NCBI GenBank assembly: GCA_030141605.1
Contig: JAQGDQ010002416.1
Span: 1-57,997 of the forward strand
Direction: 5' to 3'
DNA: 57,997 nucleotides
Source of the DNA: Tubiluchus corallicola
Lineage: Eukaryota; Animalia; Priapulida
A model generated the notes under the pieces. It ran no database searches. It saw only the letters and a list, made by a program, of their open reading frames with translations, and was not told where the DNA came from. Below are positions 50,601 to 57,997 of this stretch, one piece after another; within the stretch, counting starts at the first letter, position 1, and each line of letters begins with the position of its first letter. A program made the translations under genes and the position numbers.

Positions 50601-50745
50601 TGTTTTTTTCAATAATATTAGCTCCGGGTACTGGCATAGAATTTTCATCGTGAATTGTTCCTTGCACAGTAATTGTATTTTGTGCTAACAAAGAACTAAA
50701 AGTAAAACACAAAACCAAAATGAAAATAGCAAAACGGTTTTTCAT
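47662..50745 (-). CDS. susC: SusC/RagA-family TonB-dependent transporter
   Basis: EVVVVGYG, PLYVIDGVP, ILKDASATAIYGARGANGVILITTKRG, LKWETT and GYDPEV; terminal F. Confidence 0.96.
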   Translation of the reverse strand: MKNRFAIFILVLCFTFSSLLAQNTITVQGTIHDENSMPVPGANIIEKNTSNGTISNIDGEYSISLSSDATLEFSSIGFVKQSIAVQGRTTIDVVLKENMEELEEVVVVGYGSVRKSDLTGAVSSVKSEDIIATSITSLDQGLQGRAAGVVVSQTSGQPGSGTSIRIRGTSSIYGTNEPLYVIDGVPVISDAAVLSSGATASPNLNPLASINPNDIASIEILKDASATAIYGARGANGVILITTKRGEKGSSTIAVSSSFSVQEVSKKIPMLNARELAELGNEAADNAGVPRKPIYASPINLGEGTDWQDEIFKLAPMQDIQVSATGGNESTQYALSTNCLSQEGIIISSSFKKAGVRGNIDAQLNEKLKVGFNINIAHIESNGVVTDHEMAIPSSVTSWALEFNPGLPVYDENGDYTYENNTSNPAVGNPVADASETQIKNVSNRIIGNMFFNWELIEDLDFKMSFGGDAFFNEDRSFTPNDIKRGESSNGEAIVGNTNGGTWLWENTLNYKFDINDAHRLNILGGYTMQKFGSNYLYAATTDFDDNRLDYHAIQNGKNNTLSLTHYDEWQMISFIARVNYNLHNKYLFTFTERVDGSSKFGKGNKYGFFPSGSFAWRLIEEDFLKNKTSISNLKTRISYGFVGNEGIPSYSSLSYLTITQAYLGENEIITGAIPSSMENEELKWETTAQSNVGIDFGMFKERLTLTADYYHKKTTDILLDTPLPYSTGYTSAFLNIGSLRNEGFEVSISSVNITGGDFFWKTDFNLSHNRNKVLELSEDVSEEGIIGNPILGITGWTRIVEGQPIGNIYGYETDGIIQLGEDLSEIPYFSDSEPTYGDRKYVDQDNNGVLDEDDIVILGNAVPLFNFGMNNTFTYKNISLVVYLQGVIGNEIVNFNKFSLESFDGNKNNSTAALQRWTPDNPTNEYPRANATPRANTLSDAYVEDGSYLRIKNITLKYDLPKKILNRLGLSSLSVFVTGINLFTFTNYEGYDPEVSRFANDNLSMGADYGSYPMARIYTMGFNLSF

Positions 50746-50808
50746 AGTCCAATAGGTTTAATAGAAAACTAAATTCGTATTACAACACAGAGTTAAACTA
50801 ATGGTTAC

Positions 50809-51651
50809 CTAATCTAATGGAGAACAATTTTCTTCTCCTCCTCCAATATGTGGTTTGAAGTTACTTGACTTAGGAGTAGCACTATATACTTTTGTATAAG
50901 GTTCTATTGGTTCATAAGTTGGATCAAATTCATTCAAACCGCGGATTATTATCGTAGCTTCAATTTTAGATTCAGTAATAGTTTCAATTTCTAAAGTATC
51001 AGCATTGTATAACCAAGTAGACCAATCACTTTGCAAGTCAAGTCTTGATTCTATAAGAATATCTTCATCAACTTTCCAATAACAAAAGGTTTTAAAGGCT
51101 TCCCAACCACTTTCTTTTTCTCCAAAATCCATTTGAAAGGTTTTATCCTCATTAAATCTATAAATATCATCTGTATCTACTTCTGCAATATCACTTGCAC
51201 CTGTTTTGTGTCTTATCATATCTGTCAGTGCCCAGTCATACTTCACTAAAATTTGTGGTATAGACAGCTCAACATAAACTACCAGTTCCCTTTGTGCTGT
51301 GTTGCCATCGTTGTCCGTAACAGTAAAATTATATTTCAACACACCTTCTATATCTCCTTCCTCTATCGTATCTGTAAAAGTATACTTGCCATCTGTTATA
51401 TCCCCTCCTTGCACAGTAATAGCCTTCTGTTCATCCGAATCTAAATACTTTGTAATTTTCAAGTTAGAAATACCTGCATCAGCCACTATTGTTGCAGTTG
51501 CACTTACAGTCTGCCCTATTCTTACATCTGCTGTAGTTTTATCTAAACTAATGGTCAGTATTTTACCCTCGTCACTTTTATCGCAAGTAATTACAGTAAT
51601 AGACATTAAAAATAAACCTATCAGAACATACCAGTAATTTTTCATTATCAT
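50809..51651 (-). CDS. Surface lipoprotein of unknown function, first gene of the PUL
   Basis: Lipoprotein-like signal ending ITC-DK, beta-rich sequence, directly upstream of susC. Confidence 0.7.
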   Translation of the reverse strand: MIMKNYWYVLIGLFLMSITVITCDKSDEGKILTISLDKTTADVRIGQTVSATATIVADAGISNLKITKYLDSDEQKAITVQGGDITDGKYTFTDTIEEGDIEGVLKYNFTVTDNDGNTAQRELVVYVELSIPQILVKYDWALTDMIRHKTGASDIAEVDTDDIYRFNEDKTFQMDFGEKESGWEAFKTFCYWKVDEDILIESRLDLQSDWSTWLYNADTLEIETITESKIEATIIIRGLNEFDPTYEPIEPYTKVYSATPKSSNFKPHIGGGEENCSPLD

Positions 51652-51695
51652 AATTTAAAAAGTTTTAATGAAACAATAATTTTAAAAATATGTTA

Positions 51696-51727
51696 CAAAT
51701 ATATGTATATATGTTTAAACATACAAA
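51696..51727 (-). promoter_or_regulatory. PUL promoter (-33 TTTG, 20 nt, -7 TATATTTG) containing a GntR/HutC-type operator palindrome
   Basis: Plus-strand CAAATATA at 51696-51703 and CAAA at 51724-51727. The perfect palindrome TATGTTTAAACATA at 51710-51723 contains GTNTANAC. Confidence 0.7.
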
Positions 51728-51923
51728 TAAATTTATTGTTTTTTTTATATTAATATGTATTTTTGTAATTGAAATACATAAATATCCCTTGATGGTAGTG
51801 AGAAAACATTGATTAATATTTTTTGGGAACAATGAATAAGACACACATTTGTGCTACTCACAGCAAAAAAGACACTCAACTTTTACAAATTGTATAAGGA
51901 ATAATTACTTAAAAAAACATACT

Positions 51924-52196
51924 ATGCTAATAATAGACAAAAACAGCGGTCTTCCTTATCATTATCAAATAGAAAAATATATTAGAGAGCTTATAAAGAA
52001 AGAAGAATATAAAAAAGGAAAGCTCATTCCTCGTGAAAACGATATTGCTAAAAAATTAGGAATAGCCAGAAATACCGCACGTTAGGCAACAAATATCTTA
52101 GTTTTTGAGGGACTTTTAGAAAGAAAAGAAGGAATAGAGACTAAATTAAGAGCCATAACCTTAATGTTGAACACGAAAGGATACAACCTTCTCTAA
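51924..52196 (+). pseudogene. GntR-family transcriptional regulator pseudogene
   Basis: MLIIDKNSGLPYHYQIEKYIRELI..IPRENDIAKKLGIARNTAR*ATNILVFEGLLERKEG. TAG at 52083 falls inside the wHTH, homology continues past it, and no intact effector domain follows. Confidence 0.85.
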
Positions 52197-52359
52197 TAAG
52201 GCGTAAAACGCAATATAAAACAAATAAAAATAAATAAGGGCAATAATATTATCTGAACAAGCCAACGAAAAATACCCTTTGTTCCTACAAGGAAATACCT
52301 ATACTAACTCAAGCCCTTTAAAATGCTTTTGATGAAAAACCCTTTCAAAAACAACTCAT

Positions 52360-53541
52360 TTACTTTCTAAGGTTCTTAAATGCTATTATTATTAAATAAA
52401 CCATACACAATAAAGGAACTATAAAAGAGAAAATTACTGATTTAAAAATATCAGCCATCCCCCCACTTAACAATGGAACAATAGCACCACCCACTACTGC
52501 TGTAATCATCAAACCCGATAGTTCATTAGAGCGTTCTGGCATTTTATCTACTGCAATAGAAAATATAAGAGGAAATATATTTGCAAAACCTAAACCCGTT
52601 AATACCACACCTATAAAAGTTAAATACTTTTGACCTGTCAAAAGTACTAATATACCTACTATTGAAACAATAATAGTTATCATCAAAAACTTAGCTGCCT
52701 TCATCTTCCTTAAAACAACAGCTCCAAAAGATCTACCTACCAGTATGGGCAAAAAGAACAAGGCCCACGAAATAATCAGTCCCATCTCTTTTATATCTAT
52801 CCCAAATTCATCATTCAAAAGATTAGGTACCTGAGAGCTTAGAGTTACTTCTGCACCTACATAAAAAAATATCCCCAGTACCATCATCAACACGTATTGG
52901 TTAGATAACAAGCCTATACAAGAGCTAAAACTTGCAGGAATTTCTTTTCTTTTTCTTTCTGTAATGGGGGTACTCTTTATCCATATTAAGGCAACAAATA
53001 CCAACACAGCATAAATAGGAAATAATACAGTCCAATCTAAGCCTAATGTTTTAAACAACACAGGAGGAAGAATGAAACCTAAGGACGAACCTATTGCTTT
53101 TATAGCCTGTCCCAAAGACAAATTGCTTGAATATCTTCCTTCAGGAGAAACATCTCGCATTATAGGGTTGCCTGCCACTTGTAGTATTGTTGCACCTGCT
53201 CCGAGCAGTAGAATAGAACCTAAGATTATGTAAAACATAAACATAGCAGCATTTGACAAGCGCATCACAAAAAACATAGGTATCAACAATCCAACGAAAG
53301 CTATCATCAAACCTATCATTAAAGTACGTTTCTTACCTTTCTTATCTTGAAATACACCAAGTGGAATCGATAACAAGCCAAACATTATAAACCCCATAAA
53401 AGTCAATAGTTGTGCCATTGTAAAAGACAAGTTAAAAGTGTCTTTCGCCAAAGCTACCATAGGCCCTACTACATCGCCAAGACCCATACAAAGAAATACA
53501 AGAAATATTGGAAAAACTTTATTATTGTTCTTTTGTGTCAT
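52360..53541 (-). CDS. MFS sugar transporter (FucP/GluP-like)
   Basis: GVFQDKKGK, ILQVAGNP, YVGAEV and GGAIVP; paralogous to 36582-37748. Confidence 0.88.
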   Translation of the reverse strand: MTQKNNNKVFPIFLVFLCMGLGDVVGPMVALAKDTFNLSFTMAQLLTFMGFIMFGLLSIPLGVFQDKKGKKRTLMIGLMIAFVGLLIPMFFVMRLSNAAMFMFYIILGSILLLGAGATILQVAGNPIMRDVSPEGRYSSNLSLGQAIKAIGSSLGFILPPVLFKTLGLDWTVLFPIYAVLVFVALIWIKSTPITERKRKEIPASFSSCIGLLSNQYVLMMVLGIFFYVGAEVTLSSQVPNLLNDEFGIDIKEMGLIISWALFFLPILVGRSFGAVVLRKMKAAKFLMITIIVSIVGILVLLTGQKYLTFIGVVLTGLGFANIFPLIFSIAVDKMPERSNELSGLMITAVVGGAIVPLLSGGMADIFKSVIFSFIVPLLCMVYLIIIAFKNLRK

Positions 53542-53687
53542 ATCTAATTTAATTGTTTCTTAATTAATTAAAAAGTTGAAAGATTAAAAATATCTATTTA
53601 ACAATAAGGTCAACAAGATATATTACAACATTACAGCATATTGTTGTAACGGGTAAATCACAACCTATTCATCAATCGTCTAATTCC

Positions 53688-55985
53688 TTACTTTGATACA
53701 GAAGAAGGAATATCTTCTTTCGCAACACCTCTATTCTTATTTGGTTTATTGCTCATCTCCATTTTTATAGTTCCTCCCTTCAATAGGTCAGAATGTGTAA
53801 AATACGTTTTTGTGTACTCTTTATTATTCAGTTGCATCCCATCCACATAGACGTTTTCCTTACTATTCTTAGGAGCTACTATATCCAAAGTATTACCATT
53901 AGGCAACTGTACCAAAGCTCTCTTAAATAAAGGACTACCGATCACATACTCTCCTTGAGCTGGACACACAGGATAAAATCCTAATGCACTAAACACATAC
54001 CAAGCAGAAGTTTGCCCATTGTCTTCATCTCCACACAAACCATCAGGATTGGGAGTGTATAAAATATCCATCACCTCTCTAACGTGTTTCTGGGTTTTCC
54101 ACGGCTGCCCTGCATAGTTATACATATAAATACCGTGCTGAATAGGCTGGTTACCGTGTGCATACTGCCCCATATTAGCAATCACCATCTCTGTAATCTC
54201 GTGTATAGGAAAACCATAATAAGAATCATCGTAAACAGGCGGTGTAGTAAAAACAGCATCCAACTGTTTTATGAATTCTTCTCTCCCCCCCATTAGGTTT
54301 ATCAAACCTTGCGGGTCGTGAAAAACTGACCAAGTATAGTGCCAAGCATTCCCTTCCGTAAAAGCATCGCCCCATTTCTCAGGTACAAATGGAGATTGAA
54401 ATGTGCCATCTAAGTTTTTGCCTCTCATAAAATTAGTAGATTTATCAAACACATTTTCATAGTTAAAAATCTGCTTAGAAAAACGCTCTATATCCTTTTG
54501 GGGTTTATTCAATGCTTTTGCCATTTCCAAAACACAAAAATCATTATAAGCATATTCAAGTGTTCTCGCCACATTTTCATTCACCCCTACATTATAAGGC
54601 ACATACCCTAACTCATTGTAATGTTCTACCCCATAACGTCCAACCGACCCTATATCCTTATTGTCATAGTTAGCATTCTTCAACAAAGCCTCATACAAAA
54701 CATCAGCATCAAAATCTGTTATCCCATTGAGGTAGCCACCTGCCACAATAGAAGCAGAATTAGAGCCAATCATACAATCCCTATGACCCGGACTTGCCCA
54801 CTCTGGCAACCACCCACTTTCTTTGTAAGTATTTACTAATCCCTTCAATACATCAGCATAAAAGTCAGGGTACATTATAGAGAAAAATGGAAACACAGCT
54901 CTAAACGTATCCCAAAATCCATTATCAGTAAACATATATCCATCAAGAACTTTTCCATTGTAAGGACTGTAGTGAACTATTTTGTCCTCCTTGTTTATTT
55001 CATAAAACTTTCTTGGGAACAACAAAGTCCTATATAAAGCCGTGTAAAAAGTTGTTTTCTGTGCATCAGTTCCATCCACCAATATTTTGCTCAGCTCCTT
55101 GTTCCATATTTCCTTAGCTTCCCTTTTTATAGTCTCAAAATCCTTCTCCCCTATTTCTCTTTGCAAATTAAGTTCTGCCTGCTCCCAACTAATAAAAGAT
55201 GAAGCCACTTTAAGATTTACTTTTTCTCCTTTCTCAGTCTTAAATTTCACATAAGCCCCTACCCAGTTATCTTTCAACTCTTTCTTACCTTGATATACTA
55301 TTGTGTCGTTTTTCCAAGTCCCATAACCTTCTATAGCTTTGTCTAAATAAACTACAAAATAATTATGAAAGTTTTCAGGTACACCACCGCTATTGTTTCT
55401 ACAATATCCAATAATTTTATTTTCTTCGGGTATTACTTTTACATACGATCCCCCATTAAAAGCATCCAACAATATATAAGACTCTTCAGCCTTAGGAAAA
55501 GTAAACTGAAACCTTGCAGCCCGTTCTGTTGGAGTTATCTTAGTAGTTACATCATAATCAGCTAAATAAGTGCTATAATAATAAGGCTTTGAAACTTCCA
55601 CCTTGTGAGAGTGCCAACTTGCTCTTTTGTTCTGACTTGTTACTAACTCTCCAGTAATAGGCATAAACGAAAAAGCCGCATAATCATTAATCCAAGGACT
55701 AGGCTGATGCGTCTGCTTAAACCCCCTTACCTTATAAGCCTTATAGGTATATCCCCAACCATCTCGCATCTTACCAGTTTGAGGTGTCCAAAAATTCATC
55801 CCCCAAGGCAACGCTACTGCAGGATAAGTATTACCCGTAGAAAGTTTATATTCAGAATCAGTACCTACCAAAGGGTTTACATACTCCTCAGGATTAAAAT
55901 CTAAACTACTTTTTACTCCTTCATTACACTTACACCCCGCAACCAACACAATTAAAAAAGCCATTAAATACCCAATGTTTCTCAT
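53688..55985 (-). CDS. GH92 alpha-1,2-mannosidase (lipoprotein)
   Basis: Lipobox AGC, GNTYPAVALPWGMNFWTPQTG, GFWDTFR, EWASPGHR, HGNQP and GDEDNGQTSAW. Confidence 0.94.
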   Translation of the reverse strand: MRNIGYLMAFLIVLVAGCKCNEGVKSSLDFNPEEYVNPLVGTDSEYKLSTGNTYPAVALPWGMNFWTPQTGKMRDGWGYTYKAYKVRGFKQTHQPSPWINDYAAFSFMPITGELVTSQNKRASWHSHKVEVSKPYYYSTYLADYDVTTKITPTERAARFQFTFPKAEESYILLDAFNGGSYVKVIPEENKIIGYCRNNSGGVPENFHNYFVVYLDKAIEGYGTWKNDTIVYQGKKELKDNWVGAYVKFKTEKGEKVNLKVASSFISWEQAELNLQREIGEKDFETIKREAKEIWNKELSKILVDGTDAQKTTFYTALYRTLLFPRKFYEINKEDKIVHYSPYNGKVLDGYMFTDNGFWDTFRAVFPFFSIMYPDFYADVLKGLVNTYKESGWLPEWASPGHRDCMIGSNSASIVAGGYLNGITDFDADVLYEALLKNANYDNKDIGSVGRYGVEHYNELGYVPYNVGVNENVARTLEYAYNDFCVLEMAKALNKPQKDIERFSKQIFNYENVFDKSTNFMRGKNLDGTFQSPFVPEKWGDAFTEGNAWHYTWSVFHDPQGLINLMGGREEFIKQLDAVFTTPPVYDDSYYGFPIHEITEMVIANMGQYAHGNQPIQHGIYMYNYAGQPWKTQKHVREVMDILYTPNPDGLCGDEDNGQTSAWYVFSALGFYPVCPAQGEYVIGSPLFKRALVQLPNGNTLDIVAPKNSKENVYVDGMQLNNKEYTKTYFTHSDLLKGGTIKMEMSNKPNKNRGVAKEDIPSSVSK

Positions 55986-56311
55986 AAAACTTAAAATTTA
56001 TTTAAAATCGAAAACGAATTAAGTAGTAAAACAATTCAAACTACTTTTATTTTGTCGCTCAAAAGTAATATAATTACTCTACATCACAAATTTTCGAAAT
56101 AAATCTTTTAGCTATCACTACTATAAAAACTTCTTTATTAAATATCAGACACAATAGCTTTAACACGATTTGTTGGAAGAAAAATATGTTATAAGTAAAA
56201 TAAAATTTATCTCTATTATAAAATATATCTTATCTTGATTATAATTTCGACAAATTATTTTAAATCCAATAAAATAAAATAATAAAAATTTTTCTATTGT
56301 CAAAAAAAAAC

Positions 56312-56319
56312 TAAATTTG
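56312..56319 (+). promoter_or_regulatory. -7 promoter element upstream of mce
   Basis: TAAATTTG, 35 nt before the ATG. Confidence 0.55.
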
Positions 56320-56354
56320 CATTCCCATTTTTTATGTAAAAAAAATATCTATAT

Positions 56355-56762
56355 ATGAATTTAACTCACATCGAACATATTGGCATAGCTGTAAAGAGTA
56401 TTGACAACTCATTACCTTATTATGAAAAAGTCCTTGGACTTAAATGTTACAATATAGAAGAGGTAGCTGACCAAAAAGTGAAAACTGCATTTCTGAAAAT
56501 AGGTGAAACAAAAATAGAGCTGCTTGAACCTACTTCGGAAGAAAGCACTATACATAAATTTATTGAGAAAAAGGGGGAAGGTGTGCATCATATTGCATTC
56601 GCCTCTTCTTCATTAGATGAGGCTTTAAGAAAAGCTGATGAAAAAGGCATACAATTAATTGACAAACAGCCTCGAAAAGGAGCAGAAGGACTGAATATTG
56701 CTTTCTTACATCCTAAATCTACGCAAGGAGTACTAACTGAACTTTGTGAAGCTCCTAAGTAA
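56355..56762 (+). CDS. mce: Methylmalonyl-CoA epimerase
   Basis: IEHIGIAV, KIELLEP, GEGVHHIAF and FLHPKST.GVLTELCE; next to a carboxyltransferase. Confidence 0.94.
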   Translation: MNLTHIEHIGIAVKSIDNSLPYYEKVLGLKCYNIEEVADQKVKTAFLKIGETKIELLEPTSEESTIHKFIEKKGEGVHHIAFASSSLDEALRKADEKGIQLIDKQPRKGAEGLNIAFLHPKSTQGVLTELCEAPK

Positions 56763-56805
56763 ATAAGAAAATAAATTATATAGTATAAATATTAAACTTT
56801 CTTTT

Positions 56806-57997
56806 ATGGCAAACAAAGACAAAATTAAGAACCTCATAAAGCTAAGAGAGGAAACAAAGATGGGCGGCGGGCAGAAAAGAATAGATGCTCAACATAGTAA
56901 GGGTAAATATACAGCACGTGAAAGAATTGAAATGCTCTTAGATGATGGAAGTTTTGAAGAGTTTGATATGTTTATTACTCACAGATGCTTTAACTTTGGA
57001 ATGGAGAAAAGCAAGTTCAAGGGAGATGGGGTAGTTACTGGACACGGAACAATAGATGGCAGGGTAGTTTTTGTATTTGCTCAAGATTTTACCATATTTG
57101 GTGGTTCACTATCTGAAACTGTATCTCAAAAAATATGTAAAGTAATGGATATGGCAATGGAGATAGGAGCTCCTGTAATAGGTCTTAATGATAGTGGAGG
57201 TGCAAGGATACAAGAAGGGGTCAATTCGCTAGCCGGCTATGCCGAGATATTTCAAAGAAATATAGCAGCTTCTGGAGTAATACCTCAAATATCTGCTATA
57301 TTTGGTCCTTGTGCAGGTGGTGCAGTATATTCGCCTGCTCTCACTGACTTTGTAATGATGACTGATCAAACGAGTTATATGTTCCTTACAGGCCCTAAGG
57401 TGGTGAAAACTGTAACAGGTGAAGACATTACCACTGAAAATCTTGGAGGAGCTAATGTTCATGCTACAAAGTCGGGCGTATCACATTTCTTGTTAGAAAA
57501 TGAAAAAGAAGGTTTAGCTCTTATACGGAAACTTATTTCATTTTTGCCTTCTAACAATTTGGAAGAACCTCCTATGCTAAAATGTAAAGACCCAATAGAT
57601 AGATTGGAAGAGTCTTTGAATGAAATAATTCCTGACAATCCAAGTATCCCATACAATATTAAAGATGTGATATATGCTGTGGTAGATGATAAAGAGTTTT
57701 TAGAAGTTCATAGAAACTACGCTAAAAATATAGTTATTGGATTATCAAGGTTCAACGGTATGCCTGTGGGTATTGTTGCTAATCAGCCCAATTTTTTAGC
57801 AGGAGTATTAGATATAGAAGCCTCAAGGAAAGCAGCACGCTTTGTGCGTTTTTGCGATGCTTTCAATATACCTATTGTTACATTTGTAGATGTTCCTGGT
57901 TTCTTGCCGGGTTCTGGACAAGAGTATGGAGGAGTTATTACTCACGGTGCAAAATTATTGTTTGCTTACGGAGAAGCTACTGTTCCAAAAATAACTA
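56806..57997 (+). CDS. Acyl-CoA carboxyltransferase subunit (methylmalonyl-CoA decarboxylase alpha / propionyl-CoA carboxylase beta), runs off the window edge
   Basis: Manual translation MANKDK...[51 protein letters not shown] and [10 protein letters not shown]. Confidence 0.92.
   Translation, partial: MANKDKIKNLIKLREETKMGGGQKRIDAQHSKGKYTARERIEMLLDDGSFEEFDMFITHRCFNFGMEKSKFKGDGVVTGHGTIDGRVVFVFAQDFTIFGGSLSETVSQKICKVMDMAMEIGAPVIGLNDSGGARIQEGVNSLAGYAEIFQRNIAASGVIPQISAIFGPCAGGAVYSPALTDFVMMTDQTSYMFLTGPKVVKTVTGEDITTENLGGANVHATKSGVSHFLLENEKEGLALIRKLISFLPSNNLEEPPMLKCKDPIDRLEESLNEIIPDNPSIPYNIKDVIYAVVDDKEFLEVHRNYAKNIVIGLSRFNGMPVGIVANQPNFLAGVLDIEASRKAARFVRFCDAFNIPIVTFVDVPGFLPGSGQEYGGVITHGAKLLFAYGEATVPKIT

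Noticed and set aside
52083-52085. TAG recoding or readthrough in gntR
   Set aside because: TAG is a normal stop elsewhere in the window (RRM gene, first susD, hsdS), and the downstream part of gntR is also decayed.
45-57656. Numerous 60-190 aa antisense or overlapping ORFs in the track (e.g. 2639-3097, 22478-22969, 25810-26379, 57229-57462)
   Set aside because: They are shadow frames of well-supported genes and have no independent motifs.

Overview
AT-rich window from a Bacteroidota-like genome (porT, SusC/SusD pairs, a T9SS C-terminal domain, TANNTTTG promoters). From left to right it holds six blocks. (1) Housekeeping genes hisF, an RRM protein, porT, menG and an RluA-family synthase. (2) A minus-strand operon for glucosylglycerate-type compatible solutes (GH63-like hydrolase, Na+/solute symporter, MggS-like GT4, GH13_18 phosphorylase, glycerate kinase). 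It is headed by an in-frame chimera of a sulfatase and a plug-less TonB-receptor barrel. (3) A sulfatase-SusC-SusD locus with a 1199-aa repeat-stalk T9SS protein. (4) A decayed defence island next to the 3' end of tRNA-Phe. It carries a type I R-M system whose HsdS has two nucleotide-identical target recognition domains, a structured RNA-like leader, type III mod relics, rhuM plus a rhuM fragment, and several repeat families. (5) An alpha-mannoside-type PUL whose GntR repressor is a pseudogene while its probable operator is intact. (6) mce and a truncated carboxyltransferase. All protein calls come from motif recognition by eye; no database searches were run.
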